64,000 bases of DNA, from assembly GCA_029953675.1 (NCBI GenBank), contig JAMWBK010000004.1:2170001-2234000 (forward strand), read 5' to 3'. The translations under genes were made by a program, and so were the position numbers. The DNA comes from Rhodosorus marinus CCMP1338 (Eukaryota > Plantae > Rhodophyta). Positions within the stretch are counted from its first letter, which is position 1; the number at the start of each line of letters is the position of its first letter. The notes under the pieces were generated by a model. It ran no database searches and was not told the DNA's origin. It was given only the letters and a program-made list of their open reading frames with translations. Shown one piece after another: positions 61,801 to 64,000 of the stretch.

Positions 61801-62607
61801 CGTCAGCGCATGTAGCAGGATATATTTGTAGTCACGCTGCCTTCACAAGCACTACAGCGCTTTTACGTTCTAGTGTTTTACCACCCTAGCTACCCTTGCA
61901 CGGTGGCTGACATTGACTACATGACGGGAGGCTCACATTCTAGAGGCGAAGCGTCTTTCGGAAACCTCAATGCACAACTCTCCATACTGTTAGGCTGTCA
62001 GTTTCGGACTCCCAGTCCATGGGCTTGCCTGGATCCTGCTCTTGCTTCAGTGTGCAGCGACTTCTTGAGACAGATGCTCACATGATGAGACTGGGAGGAA
62101 GTTCGGCACTTGGAGTATCAAAATTGCTTCGCTTGTAGCTTGCCAAGATAAAAAGTCCAGTTCCCCAGCGTTTAATCCCAAGCACCAGCTTGCGTTTGCG
62201 GTAATGAAACAATTTCGCTTCCCCCCCCCAAATGCTGCAAGGGGAATTGAGCGCAAGTACGTGAATACTTGAGACAGAAGAATCAGTTACATCTGGCTAG
62301 ACTAAAACGCAACATTGCAGCTACAGCGGAATTGGTATCACGCTTCCACACTTAGATATGCTGCATACCAGCACTTGTTCTCCTCCGACACCGCGTTGGA
62401 CAATGCGAAGCGCCCTGCAATGCATGGTCGGTGGCAAATGCGAAGGAAGAGCCGTCGAGACCTGGGGGATCGTTGAACTAGAGGCTGCAGATCTGGTACT
62501 GACAAAAATCTACGTTAGAAGACGATCATTGGAGGTCACGCGATTTCATTGTCAAACTGTTGATGCTGATTTGAGCTGGTTGTTCTCTCAGCCGCGAAAA
62601 AATAGAA

Positions 62608-62955
62608 ATGGCATTCGTGAATTTTGGGTCTTTTGGTGCTGTTCGCGGAGCCAAGGAATGCCGGACTTGCTCTCAGAGGATCATAAGAAGGAACAAGGAA
62701 GACGATGACAAGCCGATGTTTGAGCGCCTCGCTGATGAGCCTATGTTCGAGCGGCTTCCTGGTGAGAAGGCACAGTTTTCTGAGGAAAAACCGCTTCCCC
62801 TCGTGGATTTCTGGAATAAGAATACGGGATTTATCGAGGATCTGGCACCTGTGCTTTCATCCTTTCCGCTCCTCATACTGTTGCTGTTTTTGACAATTGG
62901 AGCGTTTACCAAGTTGCTTTTGGACAACAACCTTTCCCTGATCGGTAACTATTGA
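62608..62955 (+). CDS. Small plastid-targeted single-pass membrane protein of unknown function
   Basis: MAFVNFGSFG transit start, duplicated PMFERL motif with synonymous divergence, one C-terminal hydrophobic helix (PLLILLLFLTIGAF). Confidence 0.65.
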   Translation: MAFVNFGSFGAVRGAKECRTCSQRIIRRNKEDDDKPMFERLADEPMFERLPGEKAQFSEEKPLPLVDFWNKNTGFIEDLAPVLSSFPLLILLLFLTIGAFTKLLLDNNLSLIGNY

Positions 62956-63245
62956 AGCAGTCGCGGGAGATGTCCTGAATGCCGAGCGATCTGACTCAAA
63001 GAGGATTAGTGAACTCGAGTACCGCAAATTTCATGCAATACCGACGTCCTTTTTCGTACCCAATGGATGTCGATTGCCCAGCATGCTTCGCCACGGGCAA
63101 GCTCAAACCATACACGAGGGCGGGAATAGTGCGGGCTTGATGACTTCGAAGGTCTAGGCCGATTGTGTTGGTGTGATTTAATGCGTCTTAAGAAAAGAAG
63201 ATTGGCGTAAATTTTGTGAGCCTGAGAATTCCTAACGTCTCATTC

Positions 63246-63956
63246 TCAACGCTCTGCCACGTGAACCTTTCGTTTGACCTCCTTACATTTCTGCTTTGAA
63301 GACAAAGCTTTGATTGAAAGCTTGGTCTCCTGAAGAACCGATAAGTGGCTTCTTATTGTAGCCTTTACACTCTTCTCGCCGTTTTCTCGTATCCATGGCT
63401 CTCGGAGTGCTTTCTGTGTTGACGGTCTTGATTTTGGGTCAGTTCTGAGCAGTTTCCTGACAAAGCCTCGAGCACTCTCACTAACCCATGGTGGAAAGTA
63501 CATGCCCTCAGCTGCATATATCTTGTGCTTAAGCTCACAGAGTCGATCATCTTCGAAGGGCAACTTTCCGCAAAGCATAAAATACAGCACGACACCGCAG
63601 GACCATACGTCTGCATGTATTCCCTCCTTGATGGTGAGCAAGGTAACCCCATTGAACAGCTCCGGAGCACGACAAGAAAGCTGCGATGGAACGTACTGAA
63701 GCACACCTGTAGATGCCTTGAGTTTGATTGCGCCGGTACATATATTCAAAACGCATAACTCGTCGTTGTTACCAATTGAAATGTTTCTAGGTTGGATATC
63801 CCAATGGGCTATTCCCTTGCTGTGGTAGTGCTCCAAACCCGTGAGGAGCTGTACGATCAGATAGCGGCTCCGACTTTCATCTATCCTTCCATTCCATTTG
63901 ACCTCATCCAGGAGAGTCGCCCAACCCCGACCGACCCTATCATGGACGAGGTACAC
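63246..63956 (-). CDS. CAMK-group (SnRK/CIPK-like) kinase-fold protein, predicted pseudokinase; 5-prime end outside window
   Basis: GRIDESRSRYLIVQLLTGLEHYHSKGIAHWDIQPRN, RAPE, ADVWSCGVVLYFMLCGKLPFED, FPPWVSESARGFVRKLLRTDPKSRP..ALREPW; DFG replaced by NIC. Confidence 0.85.
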   Translation of the reverse strand: MYLVHDRVGRGWATLLDEVKWNGRIDESRSRYLIVQLLTGLEHYHSKGIAHWDIQPRNISIGNNDELCVLNICTGAIKLKASTGVLQYVPSQLSCRAPELFNGVTLLTIKEGIHADVWSCGVVLYFMLCGKLPFEDDRLCELKHKIYAAEGMYFPPWVSESARGFVRKLLRTDPKSRPSTQKALREPWIRENGEKSVKATIRSHLSVLQETKLSIKALSSKQKCKEVKRKVHVAER

Positions 63957-64000
63957 CTCACCATCAGATAGAACAAGCGCACGAACTCTGCTTACCGCTG

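Noticed and set aside
62333-62340. TGGTATCA, like the tRNA-iMet primer-binding site of LTR elements
   Set aside because: Only 8 nt match (canonical TGGTATCAGAGC), with no adjacent LTR end or gag ORF

Overview
Gene-dense eukaryotic nuclear DNA (roughly 48-50% GC by eye in genes). It has many short GT-AG introns of about 60-130 nt and AT-rich islands between divergent genes. Several N-termini look like red-algal plastid transit peptides (AFV/GFV/GFI motif), and the window also holds a cytosolic-type DPE2 and a class I sirtuin, so the best fit is a compact red-algal (Rhodophyta) genome; this is inference, not identification. About 18 genes have a recognisable family: plastid NusG with two KOW domains and a long acidic tail, PfkB kinase, a doubly degenerate RNase III-dsRBD-RNase III protein, NCA2/DGS1, Prp28, NHX antiporter, ADA2, EttA-type ABC-F, a PsbQ-like lumen protein, FKBP-TPR, cytosolic MDH, ZNHIT2-like, DUF3177-like, a kinase-PP2C fusion, DPE2, mS45-like, Sir2 and a CAMK-type pseudokinase. 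There are also several hypothetical genes. Non-genic structure includes a perfect 16-bp hairpin, two decayed tandem-repeat blocks with coding-like substitution patterns, a Ty1/copia integrase remnant, clustered TGTCCCA and CACGTG motifs, and G-quadruplex-like tracts. No rRNA, tRNA, snRNA or CRISPR array could be supported. Exon boundaries were placed by eye and are approximate. The strongest novelty candidates are the single-chain pseudo-RNase III protein, the extended NusG and the pseudokinase.
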